In this document: piece after piece, positions 44,528 to 53,684 of the stretch
Layout of the letters: the number at the start of each line of letters is the position of its first letter
Position numbering within the stretch: position 1 is the first letter of the stretch
Source: Terriglobia bacterium
Lineage (GTDB): Bacteria; Acidobacteriota; Terriglobia; 20CM-2-55-15
Direction: 5' to 3'
Assembly: GCA_963664115.2 (NCBI GenBank)
Contig: CAXWPJ010000006.1
Coordinates: 64,001 to 128,000, forward strand
Length of the DNA: 64,000 nt
Position numbers and translations under genes: made by a program
Notes under the pieces: model-generated
The model's input: the letters and a program-made list of their open reading frames with translations, nothing else
Databases searched by the model: none
What the model was told of the DNA's origin: nothing

Positions 44528-46015
44528 TCATTCGAAGTAGTTGCCGAAGCGTTCGGCCAGATCGATCAAAGTCTTGGCGCCAAAACCGATCCCGCCCGCT
44601 TCGTAGTATTTCCAGGCCTTGTCTCTCATAAACGGACCGGCGATATCCAGGTGGGCCCATGCGGTTTTTTCAGGTACGAATTCCTGGAGAAACAGGCCGG
44701 CAGTCGAGGCGCCTGCCATCGCACCTCCAATGTTATTGATGTCCGCATATGGCGTGTTGAGCAAGGCCTTGTATTCCGCTGGAAGGGGCAGCTCCCAGAA
44801 GCTTTCTCCATGGTTTTCGCCTGAGGCGGTCACGGCGCGAATGAGCTCCGGGGAATTGCCCATGACGCCGGCGATACTTTGTCCCAGTGCACGAACACAA
44901 GCGCCGGTGAGCGTTGCGATGTCGACAATATGGGTTGCGCCCTCATCCCCCGCCAGGGCGAGACCGTCGGTCAGGATCAATCGTCCTTCCGCGTCTGTGT
45001 TGTCGACCATGATCGTCTTGCCGTTACGCGCCCTGAAAATGTCCCCGGGGCGCTGGGCTTCGCCGTCCGGGGAGTTTTCCGCCGCTGGAACGATGCCCAC
45101 GACGTTCACATTGGGTTTCAGTTTCCCGATCGCCTTCATCGCAGCCAGAACCGCCGCGCCTCCCGACATATCGCCCTTCATTTCGAACATCCGGTCAGGC
45201 GGTTTCAGAGAGATGCCTCCCGTGTCGAACGTCACACCTTTACCGACGAGAGCCAACCGGTGAGGTGATCCGTTGGCGCGATACGACAGACGTATCAACC
45301 TGGGTTTATTGGCGCTGCCCTTACCGACCTCGATCAGGCCATTAAAGCCTTCCTTCTTTAATTGATTGGCGTCCCAGATACGGACGTCCAGCTTGGATTC
45401 TTTGGCAATTGCGCGAGCATCTTCGGCCAGTCGCGCCGGCGTGACTACCGATCCCGGCTCGTTGATCAGATCCCGAGCGTAGTTGACGGCTTCCGAGACA
45501 GTCGTGTAACGGTCGAGATAGCGCCGGTTCTGTTCATCGTTCGATTTCAAGGTGATCAGATCCACTCTCATCTTGTCGAAGAAATCTTGCCGTTCTTTGT
45601 TGTCCTTCTTGTAGCTGTCAAAGCAATACGCGCCCAGAATCGCCCCTTCCACAGCCTTTCCAACAAAAGGAGCGGCGGCTTCTGTATTCATGACGATCGA
45701 AACCCGTCGCAGTCCATGATCGCGGGCGGTGTGTATCGCCTTTGCCACGTAAGTTTTGAGGTTTTCCCAGACGTTGAATGCCGGGTCGAGCGACGTGGAA
45801 TATACAGCAAGGTGAGTGGCCGCGCTCTTTCCCGTACGCGGGGCGAAGTATTCCCGGCGTTGCCGCTTCGTCCTGAACTTTCTCCGGAGGCCGTCGACGG
45901 TCGCTGCCAGGGGAGACCGTCCCAGGTCGTGTAGACGTGTTTCCTTGTCGAGTACGATCACAAGAAGGTCTGTCTTGACCTTCTGCGGATTATCATAGCG
46001 GAGTTGAACTTTCAT
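44528..46015 (-). CDS. pepA: Leucyl aminopeptidase (M17)
   Basis: LVGKGVTFDTGG, MKGDMSG, NTDAEGRL, DIATLTGA, WAHLDIAG; GGAGGA RBS. Confidence 0.95.
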   Translation of the reverse strand: MKVQLRYDNPQKVKTDLLVIVLDKETRLHDLGRSPLAATVDGLRRKFRTKRQRREYFAPRTGKSAATHLAVYSTSLDPAFNVWENLKTYVAKAIHTARDHGLRRVSIVMNTEAAAPFVGKAVEGAILGAYCFDSYKKDNKERQDFFDKMRVDLITLKSNDEQNRRYLDRYTTVSEAVNYARDLINEPGSVVTPARLAEDARAIAKESKLDVRIWDANQLKKEGFNGLIEVGKGSANKPRLIRLSYRANGSPHRLALVGKGVTFDTGGISLKPPDRMFEMKGDMSGGAAVLAAMKAIGKLKPNVNVVGIVPAAENSPDGEAQRPGDIFRARNGKTIMVDNTDAEGRLILTDGLALAGDEGATHIVDIATLTGACVRALGQSIAGVMGNSPELIRAVTASGENHGESFWELPLPAEYKALLNTPYADINNIGGAMAGASTAGLFLQEFVPEKTAWAHLDIAGPFMRDKAWKYYEAGGIGFGAKTLIDLAERFGNYFE

Positions 46016-46143
46016 CAGCCTTGGGTCCTCCAAAGTTATAGGGCGAGATCGCCCTCCATCATACGGGTAGACCTCATATCCGACAACGTTAGTGGCTGAA
46101 AGAAGGACCTGTTCTGGCCTCGAACTGGGCGATCTTGGGCCTT

Positions 46144-48528
46144 ATGCGCTCTAAACTCCAGGTGCGGCTTAAAGAGCAGCTCGATAAGGAAGAGTTGGTA
46201 CCCTCCCGGGACAAGGGCGACCCTTTCGTCCAGCTCCAGAACAATCCATGTGTGACCGGTTACCACAGGATTCCGGCGCGCGAGGCGAGTTGGGTTGATC
46301 TGCCGGATTCGCTGGATTCGAGATTCACCCGGGTGATGGTTGAGCGTGGAATCTCCAGGCTCTATTCGCACCAGGTGGAGTGCTACGAAAATGCCTGCAA
46401 AGGCCGCAACACGGTCGTGGTGACGCCTACAGCCTCGGGCAAGACCCTTTGCTACAACATCCCCGTATTACAGAGCGTCATCAAGAATCCGGACAGTCGG
46501 GCAATGTACCTGTTTCCGACCAAGGCACTGACCTATGATCAACTCGATGATCTCATCCAGTGGTCGGAAGCTCTGCCTGGTGAAATTAGCATTCATTCAT
46601 ACGATGGCGACACGCCATCCGACGCCCGCCAGGCGATTCGTGCCAAGGGCCACATCGTACTGACCAATCCAGACATGCTCCACAAGGGGATTCTGCCCCA
46701 CCACACCAAATGGGCTCGCCTCTTTGAGAACCTCGAATATGTGATCGTCGACGAACTGCACACCTATCGAGGCGTGTTCGGGAGCCATCTGGCCAACCTG
46801 TTTCGTCGCCTGGAACGGATTTGCCGCTTCTACGGAAGTGCCCCACGCTTTATCTGCACCTCAGCGACGATAGCCAATCCCAGGGAGCTGGCCGAGAAGC
46901 TCACCGGCAAAGAATTCGAGTTGATCGAATCAAGTGGTGCGCCAGAAGGTGAGAAGCATCTGTTTTTCTACAATCCTCCAGTTGTAAATCGGCATCTGGG
47001 CATTCGGCGTTCATACGTTCAGGAAACCCGGCGCATTGCGGCAGGGTTTATCAGCCGGGCGAAAGGATCCATCGTCTTTGCGAACAGCAGGCTGATCACC
47101 GAAGTGCTGGTCCGCTATCTCAAAGAGGACTTGCGTCCCGGGGTCGGGAAAGAGGACCTTGTGGTGGGCTATCGCGGGGGTTATCTGCCCCGGGAGCGCC
47201 GGGCTATCGAGCGTGGTCTGAGGGAAGGTGCCATCCGGGGCGTCGTTTCCACCAATGCCCTTGAGCTGGGCATCGATATTGGAAGTCTCGATGTCGCGAT
47301 TCTTGCCGGATATCCGGGAACGGTCGCATCGACCTGGCAACGTATGGGGCGAGCCGGGCGAAGAAGCGGAAGCGCCATAGGCATCATTGTGGCTTCGAGT
47401 GCCCCCTTGGACCAGTACATTGCCAACCATCCGGAGTATTTTCTGGAACAGTCGCCTGAAGCAGGACTGATCAACCCGGAAAACATCCACATCCTGATCA
47501 GCCATCTTCAGTGCGCGACCTTCGAATTGCCTTTCGGGGAGGATGAGTTGTTCGGTGTCCACGATGTTCGGGAGATCCTCGAATACTTATCCGAGAAAGG
47601 TTCCGTCCACAAGGCCGGGCAAAAGTGGCACTGGACGAGCGAGTCCTATCCCGCGGATTCGATTTCCATGCGGAGTATCAGTTCGGACAATTTCCTCGTG
47701 GTGGAAACGAGCGGGGAAGCCCGGATCATTGGCGAGGTGGATTACTCCAGCGCGTTTACAACGCTGCATGAAAAGGCGATCTATCTGCATCAGGGGCAGC
47801 AGTATTACGTCCGGAGCCTGGATATTCCCGAGCGGCGCGCCTATGTCAAACGTGTTGATTCCGAGTATTACACTGATGTGATTACCTACACCCACGTTCG
47901 GGTTCTGGATACGGCTGAAACGGAAAAAATCCATCAGCATGGAGAGGTGCATGTGGCGCACCAGGTCGTGGGCTTCAAGAAGCTGAAGTTCACTACGATG
48001 GAAAACGTCGGTTCGGGTGAACTCAGCATGCCGACCCAGGAGATGCATACGACGGCCTACTGGATTCGGATTCCGCGAAGTGTTTACGATCCGCTGTCTT
48101 TATCGGCGTCCGCCCGTTTGGATGGAGTACACGGTGTTGCCTACGCATTGGCGGCGATCGCATCTGTTTTTCTAATGTGCGATCGCCGCGATCTGGGATC
48201 TTCGGTTCAAACCGGCGCCGAAGAAACGACTCCGACCACCGAAGCCGCTCTTCGGAAAGCGTCCGAAGTTGAGCATGAACCCACGATCTTCATTTACGAC
48301 AACTACCCCGGAGGCATTGGACTGAGCCGGCCGCTCTATGAGGTTCGCGAGCGCGTTCTCGAGGAAACCCGGCACTTGATTCGGTCCTGTGGCTGTGACG
48401 AAGGATGCCCATCCTGTGTGGGGCCGTTTCCCGGAGCGAAAGAACCGTCTCTGGCCATTCTGGACGCACTGTGCGGTGGGACAGCGTCACAGAAAGCCCC
48501 CGCTGTCAGCCGGTTCTCTGAGGAATGA
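46144..48528 (+). CDS. DEAD/DEAH helicase with DUF1998 Cys cluster (MrfA/YprA-like)
   Basis: TPTASGKT, TNPDMLH, VDELH, SAT, STNALELGIDIG, QRMGRAGR, CGCDEGCPSC. Confidence 0.93.
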   Translation: MRSKLQVRLKEQLDKEELVPSRDKGDPFVQLQNNPCVTGYHRIPAREASWVDLPDSLDSRFTRVMVERGISRLYSHQVECYENACKGRNTVVVTPTASGKTLCYNIPVLQSVIKNPDSRAMYLFPTKALTYDQLDDLIQWSEALPGEISIHSYDGDTPSDARQAIRAKGHIVLTNPDMLHKGILPHHTKWARLFENLEYVIVDELHTYRGVFGSHLANLFRRLERICRFYGSAPRFICTSATIANPRELAEKLTGKEFELIESSGAPEGEKHLFFYNPPVVNRHLGIRRSYVQETRRIAAGFISRAKGSIVFANSRLITEVLVRYLKEDLRPGVGKEDLVVGYRGGYLPRERRAIERGLREGAIRGVVSTNALELGIDIGSLDVAILAGYPGTVASTWQRMGRAGRRSGSAIGIIVASSAPLDQYIANHPEYFLEQSPEAGLINPENIHILISHLQCATFELPFGEDELFGVHDVREILEYLSEKGSVHKAGQKWHWTSESYPADSISMRSISSDNFLVVETSGEARIIGEVDYSSAFTTLHEKAIYLHQGQQYYVRSLDIPERRAYVKRVDSEYYTDVITYTHVRVLDTAETEKIHQHGEVHVAHQVVGFKKLKFTTMENVGSGELSMPTQEMHTTAYWIRIPRSVYDPLSLSASARLDGVHGVAYALAAIASVFLMCDRRDLGSSVQTGAEETTPTTEAALRKASEVEHEPTIFIYDNYPGGIGLSRPLYEVRERVLEETRHLIRSCGCDEGCPSCVGPFPGAKEPSLAILDALCGGTASQKAPAVSRFSEE

Positions 48529-49868
48529 CCCGGTTCCGAAAGGCGCTGAACCGCCTTCGAGTTGAGAATCCTTCAACTCGTTTTTCGATTTCCGATCAAC
48601 TGAAATTTCTAGGGGATACTCCACGCCCGAAACCCCAGCGCGATAGCGCTCACAGCGGGAACAAGGTCGCTGTAGCTTCGCTTCCCGACGGTCGCATCGA
48701 ATCGACGGCTAACGGGAAGCACTACGTCATCACGAATTCCTATCCCGCCACCCACCATCACGGAAAAGTGTGCCTGGATCGGATGTCGTTGGACGATTTG
48801 TCGGTATTGCTCGAACTGGCGCGGTGCCCACATAAGGAGTTGGACCGCGCGCGGATCGTTTTTCTGGATACCGAAACGACCGGGGTCCAAGGTGGCACCG
48901 GAACATGTCCGTTCTTGATAGGATTGGGTTTCTTCCGTGGCGATCGATTCCAGGTTGTTCAATATTTCATTCGTGATTTCGATGAAGAGCCATCGATGCT
49001 GTCGGCTCTGGGTAAATTTCTTGAGCAATTCGAACTGATCGTGACCTACAACGGAAAAGCGTTTGATTTGCCCTTGGTTGAAAACCGTTGTGTCTTGTCA
49101 CGGTTGGATCTTCCATTCCGGCACCTTTCTCACTTCGATCTGCTGTTCACAGCACGCCGTTTGTGGCGAGCAAGTCAGGGAAGTTGCCGGTTAACAGCTC
49201 TGGAGGAGAAGCTTGTCGGATTCGGGCGTGGGCCTGACATCCCCGGATCCATGATTCCCAGGGCGTATTTCGATTATCTTCGGTCTTCCGATGCGAGCAT
49301 CATCACCAGCGTTTTTTCCCACAACGTCTACGATATATTTTCATTGGCTGCGCTAATGGTTCAAGCCTCAGACCAGGTTGTGTGTGATCCGGTTCTTGTT
49401 GACGAGGCCCTGGACCTTTATTCGCTCGGACGGGTTTTTGATAGAGCAAGTGATTGTTCGAAGAGCATGCGTTGTTATGAAATGGCATTGGAATCGCCAC
49501 TTCCTGCGGCAGTTCGGGTCCGTATCCTGGAGCGTTTGACGGTGCTCTATCGGAGGATTGGAGAACACAGGCGTTCCCTGGACAGCTGCGAGGAACTGAT
49601 CGCGCGTTCAGAGTTTAGTTTTATCGGGTACGAAGGTGCTGCGCTCTACTATGAATACCGTGGCCGCGATCTGGAAGCCGCGTCGAATGTGCTCGACCAG
49701 GCTCTGAACCGGACCGAAGGCCTGTCATGGATGGACCGTCGCCGGGCGAGCCTCCAGGCCCGAAAAGAACGAATCGAGAGAAAATTTCAGAAAGCTTCGA
49801 GAGTCGAGGAGGCACAGAAAGCGTTAACCGCAATGGCGCAAAGGCGCAAAGGTTTTATGGTGGGCTGA
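48525..49868 (+). CDS. RNase H-like DEDD exonuclease with TPR-like tail (MrfB/YprB-like)
   Basis: FLDTETTG, TYNGKAFD, HFDLL, DIPG…HNVYD; ATGA overlap with the helicase. Confidence 0.9.
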   Translation: MTRFRKALNRLRVENPSTRFSISDQLKFLGDTPRPKPQRDSAHSGNKVAVASLPDGRIESTANGKHYVITNSYPATHHHGKVCLDRMSLDDLSVLLELARCPHKELDRARIVFLDTETTGVQGGTGTCPFLIGLGFFRGDRFQVVQYFIRDFDEEPSMLSALGKFLEQFELIVTYNGKAFDLPLVENRCVLSRLDLPFRHLSHFDLLFTARRLWRASQGSCRLTALEEKLVGFGRGPDIPGSMIPRAYFDYLRSSDASIITSVFSHNVYDIFSLAALMVQASDQVVCDPVLVDEALDLYSLGRVFDRASDCSKSMRCYEMALESPLPAAVRVRILERLTVLYRRIGEHRRSLDSCEELIARSEFSFIGYEGAALYYEYRGRDLEAASNVLDQALNRTEGLSWMDRRRASLQARKERIERKFQKASRVEEAQKALTAMAQRRKGFMVG

Positions 49869-50172
49869 TGGACCTGATCAGAAAGGTCGCTCTGGAACTG
49901 GAACAATACGAGCATCCCTTCTTTGAGTTTTCGGCAGCGGAAACTGTAAACGGTGTTGATGTGTGTGTGCGTTCGCAGCTGTCAGGGGTCCACTCGCCCG
50001 AATATCGATTCACCCTAAGCAAACGGGAAATCGACCACCCACAGTTTCGGTGGAGTTTCCAGGGATTGCTGTACGGAAATCTGAACGACTACATGGTCGA
50101 ACTCTTCACCCGCTCCCCGGGCGATTAAACAATTCGACAAAAGAGACCTTTGCGTCTTTGCGCCTTTGCGGT
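49826..50172. repeat. GCAAAG-type inverted repeats enclosing an ORF
   Basis: ACCGCAATGGCGCAAAGGCGCAAAGG (49827-49852) versus reverse complement of 50147-50172, ACCGCAAAGGCGCAAAGACGCAAAGG (24/26). Confidence 0.85.
49868..50128 (+). CDS. Hypothetical protein (86 aa)
   Basis: TGATG coupling to the exonuclease stop; globular composition (HPFFEF…HPQFRWSFQGLLYG). Confidence 0.7.
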   Translation: MDLIRKVALELEQYEHPFFEFSAAETVNGVDVCVRSQLSGVHSPEYRFTLSKREIDHPQFRWSFQGLLYGNLNDYMVELFTRSPGD

Positions 50173-50211
50173 GGAGTTCCGTCCGAATCTTCGTGTCTTC
50201 GTGTTGACCTC

Positions 50212-50850
50212 TTAAACCCGTTTGTCCTCGGACTCGCAAAGTTCCGCGACCGTGCAGTTCGCGCAGTCGGGCTTCTTGGCATCGCAGACCCTCCGGCCAT
50301 GGTGGATCAACAGATGACTGAACAGAATCCACTTGTCCCGCGCGATGACGCGCATCAGGTCCTGTTCGATCTTGTCTGGACGCGATTCCCTGGAAAATCC
50401 CAATCTTCGTGAGAGTCTTTGAACGTGCGTATCGACGACAACTCCTTCGGCCTTGCCGAACGCGACACCGAGGACGACGTTGGCCGTCTTGCGAGCCACG
50501 CCGGGCAGTTCCAGAAGTTGGTCCATTTCCTCTGGCACCCGGCCGCCGTGTTTACTGTCGATAATCTTCGACGCTTCACGGATATGTTTCGCCTTGTTGC
50601 GGAAGAAACCCGTCGAATGGACCATCTTTTCGAGAAGCCCCGCTTCGGCCCGGGCAAACGCACGCGCGGATCTGTATTTTCTGAATAGTGCGGGTGTGAC
50701 GAGGTTGACCCGTTTGTCCGTGCTTTGCGCTGAAAGAATCGTGGCGACCAGGAGTTGGAGTGGTGTAGTGAAATCCAGTTCGCAATCCGCGTCGGGATAC
50801 GTTGCCTCAAGAGCCTCAGTAATTTTCTCGAGCCGTCTTAAGCGCGGCAC
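50212..50850 (-). CDS. nth: Endonuclease III
   Basis: ILSAQSTDKRVN, LPGVARKTANVV, VDTH, C-x6-C-x2-C-x5-C. Confidence 0.96.
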   Translation of the reverse strand: MPRLRRLEKITEALEATYPDADCELDFTTPLQLLVATILSAQSTDKRVNLVTPALFRKYRSARAFARAEAGLLEKMVHSTGFFRNKAKHIREASKIIDSKHGGRVPEEMDQLLELPGVARKTANVVLGVAFGKAEGVVVDTHVQRLSRRLGFSRESRPDKIEQDLMRVIARDKWILFSHLLIHHGRRVCDAKKPDCANCTVAELCESEDKRV

Positions 50851-51210
50851 CTATTTTTTCGCACCGCTGTTCGAGCCGGTCTTCGTGGGTTTCTTTGAAG
50901 TCGTTTTTTTGTCAGATGAGCTGGTCGAGTCGGTCTTGCCACCGTCGGCCTTTTTGTCTCCGTCCTTGTTCGAATCGGATTTCGATTCGTCCTTTTTGGT
51001 ATCAGTGGCTTCACCGTCGCCCTTGGAATCCTTCTTTGCGTAGTCGGTGACGTACCAGCCAGAGCCCTTCAATTGGAATGAAGATTGGGAAATCAGCTTC
51101 GTAAGGGTTCCGCCGCATCCTTCATGTATCTTGAGGAGAGGATCGGAGAATTTTTGAATTTTTTCAATGACTTCGTCGCATTTGCTGCAACCGTATTCGT
51201 AGATCGGCAT
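50851..51210 (-). CDS. FmdB family zinc-ribbon protein
   Basis: MPIYEYGCSKC…HEGCGG…LKGSGWYVTDY plus low-complexity tail. Confidence 0.92.
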   Translation of the reverse strand: MPIYEYGCSKCDEVIEKIQKFSDPLLKIHEGCGGTLTKLISQSSFQLKGSGWYVTDYAKKDSKGDGEATDTKKDESKSDSNKDGDKKADGGKTDSTSSSDKKTTSKKPTKTGSNSGAKK

Positions 51211-51355
51211 ATCGATTTAATAGCACAATGACTTCGATATTGGAAAGAGACAGTCCTCTGGCGCCGCCCGGGTTGATTCGGATCGGCCTATCCCATACAA
51301 TTTCCTTTTGGAGTCCGTACTTGATCGATCGCGCTCATAATTGAGGAGGCTACGA

Positions 51356-51739
51356 ATGAGGAAGCAGTTGTTCTGGGTATTGGGGGCGGCGTGCCTGTTG
51401 ATGGTGAGTGGAATTGGAGTCCCTGGTGTCAGTGGGGCTGAACCTCAGTCCAACTTCACGAATATCCAGGTGCTGACCGACATGTCCGACGGCGATATTC
51501 AGCGGCTGATGCAATCCTGGGCACGGCAACTGGGCGGCGTGTCCTGCATTGAGTGCCATGTCCAGGGAGATTTCGCCTCCGACGAATTGCCGACGAAGGT
51601 TGCTGCCCGGAATATGGCACGTATGGTGATGTCCCTTAACGAAAACTTCTTCCAAAGTCCGGAGTTTGAGAGTATCGGGCGCGAGGCCGAGTGTTTTATG
51701 TGCCATCAGGGATCGCTGGAAATCCCCCAGGCGGATTGA
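51356..51739 (+). CDS. Exported di-heme c-type cytochrome (reaction-centre cytochrome c subunit-like)
   Basis: GAGGAGG RBS; signal peptide; NIQVL…M…CIECH…ARNMARM…N…CFMCHQG. Confidence 0.88.
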   Translation: MRKQLFWVLGAACLLMVSGIGVPGVSGAEPQSNFTNIQVLTDMSDGDIQRLMQSWARQLGGVSCIECHVQGDFASDELPTKVAARNMARMVMSLNENFFQSPEFESIGREAECFMCHQGSLEIPQAD

Positions 51740-51770
51740 CGCTGTAGCGGACTCAGGCGCTAAGGTATAG

Positions 51771-51803
51771 AATGGCGGCCCTTGATAGGGCCGCCATTTT
51801 TTT
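51771..51803 (+). terminator. Intrinsic terminator after the cytochrome gene
   Basis: AATGGCGGCCCT-tgat-AGGGCCGCCATT followed by T run. Confidence 0.85.
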
Positions 51804-51828
51804 GTTTAAGGGTGTGGAGGTCGATGAC

Positions 51829-52374
51829 GTGATCGATGAGGTTAGAAAGATATTGGTGGAGCTCGGAGAGGACCCGACGCGCGACGGTCTGCAGAAGACG
51901 CCCGAACGCGTCGAGAGCTCGCTGCGCTATCTGACGAGCGGATACAAGGAGGATGCCGACGCGATCCTCAACGGTGCTCTCTTCGAAGTTCCCTACGATG
52001 AAATGGTGATCGTCAAGGACATCGAATTATTCAGCTTGTGTGAGCATCATCTCCTTCCATTTTTTGGGAAGTGTCATGTTGCTTACTTGCCCGATTCCAA
52101 GGTGATTGGTTTGAGCAAGATCCCACGCCTCGTGGACATGTTCGCCCGCCGGTTGCAGGTTCAGGAGCGCTTGACGATGCAAATTGCTGAGACGATCAAC
52201 GACAAGATACGCCCCCGGGGCGTCGGAGTCGTTGTGGAGGCGCAGCATCTGTGCATGATCATGCGCGGTGTAGAAAAACAGCATTCGGTGGCTGCCACGA
52301 GTTCCATGTTGGGGGCCTTCAAGGATGACCAGAACACGCGGAGTGAGTTCCTGAATTTGATCGGCCGGGCCTGA
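51829..52374 (+). CDS. folE: GTP cyclohydrolase I
   Basis: [43 protein letters not shown]; GGAGG RBS before GTG 51829. Confidence 0.96.
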   Translation: MIDEVRKILVELGEDPTRDGLQKTPERVESSLRYLTSGYKEDADAILNGALFEVPYDEMVIVKDIELFSLCEHHLLPFFGKCHVAYLPDSKVIGLSKIPRLVDMFARRLQVQERLTMQIAETINDKIRPRGVGVVVEAQHLCMIMRGVEKQHSVAATSSMLGAFKDDQNTRSEFLNLIGRA

Positions 52375-52384
52375 GTGGATAGCT

Positions 52385-52990
52385 ATGGTCGACACGATCA
52401 TTTTCGATCTGGACGGCACGCTGACACTCGTTCCGAGTCCGTGGCGCTATGTGCACGAACGCCTGGGACTTTGGGATGAGGTGGCCTCGGGGTTTCTGGA
52501 TCAGTGGTTGGCCGGCGGCATTTCCTACGAAGAGTTCTGCCGGCGCGATTTCGGGCTGTGGAAGGGGCTGGAACTGGCCCAGATCGAGGAGTTGTTGGAA
52601 GAAATTGAGATCAATCCGCATCTTCCCGCTATCGTGGCTCGGTTGAGGGAACAGTCCATTCAATCCATTATCATTTCGTCAGGTTTTTCATGTGTTGCCC
52701 GCCGAATCCAGTCAGAGTTCGAATGGGAACCGCTCCGCATCTACGCGAATGAACTCATCGACGGTCCCGAAGTGAGGATTCGCGTTTCCGCCGATCTGGA
52801 TTCCCCGCTATCAAAGAAGCGCCTCGCGGAAACGGCGCTTAGTGAAATCGGAGGCGATCCGAGACGCAGCCTGGTGGTTTCAGACTCGAAACGGGATCTG
52901 GAGATGACGGCCCAGTGCCGGTACCACCTCCTGGTCGAAAACGAAGCCGATCTAGCCCAGGTACACGAATATCTGGATCTTCGCGGTTGA
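52385..52990 (+). CDS. HAD-IB family phosphatase (SerB-like)
   Basis: FDLDGT, IISSG, K, SDSKRD. Confidence 0.85.
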   Translation: MVDTIIFDLDGTLTLVPSPWRYVHERLGLWDEVASGFLDQWLAGGISYEEFCRRDFGLWKGLELAQIEELLEEIEINPHLPAIVARLREQSIQSIIISSGFSCVARRIQSEFEWEPLRIYANELIDGPEVRIRVSADLDSPLSKKRLAETALSEIGGDPRRSLVVSDSKRDLEMTAQCRYHLLVENEADLAQVHEYLDLRG

Positions 52991-52995
52991 ACACT

Positions 52996-53673
52996 ATGAA
53001 CGATTCGCTCAAATATAAGGCTGCCGTAGCGGCGCTGGACGAAGTAGGCGATGGCATGGCCGTGGGCTTGGGAACGGGTTCGACCGTGACCCATTTCATT
53101 CGGGAACTTGGCAACCGCGTGCGCGACGGCCTGAAAGTGACCGCTATCGCGACCTCTTCGCAGTCGGAGACGCTGGCACTCGAGGTCGGTATTCCCATCG
53201 TTACGTTTCAAGATCAGAAAGAGCTGGATCTTACCGTCGATGGGGCCGACGAAGTGTCACCCGAGCTCAACCTGGTTAAAGGTCTGGGTGGTGCGCTGGT
53301 GAGAGAGAAGATCGTTGCAGTTGCGTCTCGTCGACTCGTAATTGTCGTTGATGACAGTAAGTTGGTTGACCAACTCGGAACCCGCTCGCCAGTCCCCGTG
53401 GAGGTCGTTCCTTTCGCGGCTGACATCGTGATGCACCAGCTGGGCGCAATCGGTGGCCAACCCAGGCTTCGGGTCATGGAGTCGGGCCGGCCGTTTGTGT
53501 CCGACAACGGGAATTTCGTTGTTGACTGGCACTTTGGGCCGATAATAGATCCCCCAATGGTTGAACGGCGATTGAAGTCCGTGTCGGGTGTTGTCGACTC
53601 GGGAATTTTTTCCGACCTGGCGGATCGGGTGATTGTCGCCCGCGGGACCGGTTTGGAAATACTCGATCGCTAA
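52996..53673 (+). CDS. rpiA: Ribose-5-phosphate isomerase A
   Basis: GLGTGST, DGADEV, KGLGGALVREK, SDNGN, GVVDSGIF. Confidence 0.96.
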   Translation: MNDSLKYKAAVAALDEVGDGMAVGLGTGSTVTHFIRELGNRVRDGLKVTAIATSSQSETLALEVGIPIVTFQDQKELDLTVDGADEVSPELNLVKGLGGALVREKIVAVASRRLVIVVDDSKLVDQLGTRSPVPVEVVPFAADIVMHQLGAIGGQPRLRVMESGRPFVSDNGNFVVDWHFGPIIDPPMVERRLKSVSGVVDSGIFSDLADRVIVARGTGLEILDR

Positions 53674-53684
53674 CCCTAATCAAA

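Noticed and set aside
51772-51828. N-terminal extension of FolE (and similar extensions of SerA, RpiA, YhaN, MATE, AddA) in the ORF track
   Set aside because: These run through terminators, repeats or upstream genes; downstream starts with better RBS or homology context were used.
43117-52374. queD and folE as a 7-deazaguanine DNA-modification (dpd) system
   Set aside because: They are 8 kb apart in separate housekeeping contexts, with no queC, queE or dpdA/tgt in the window.
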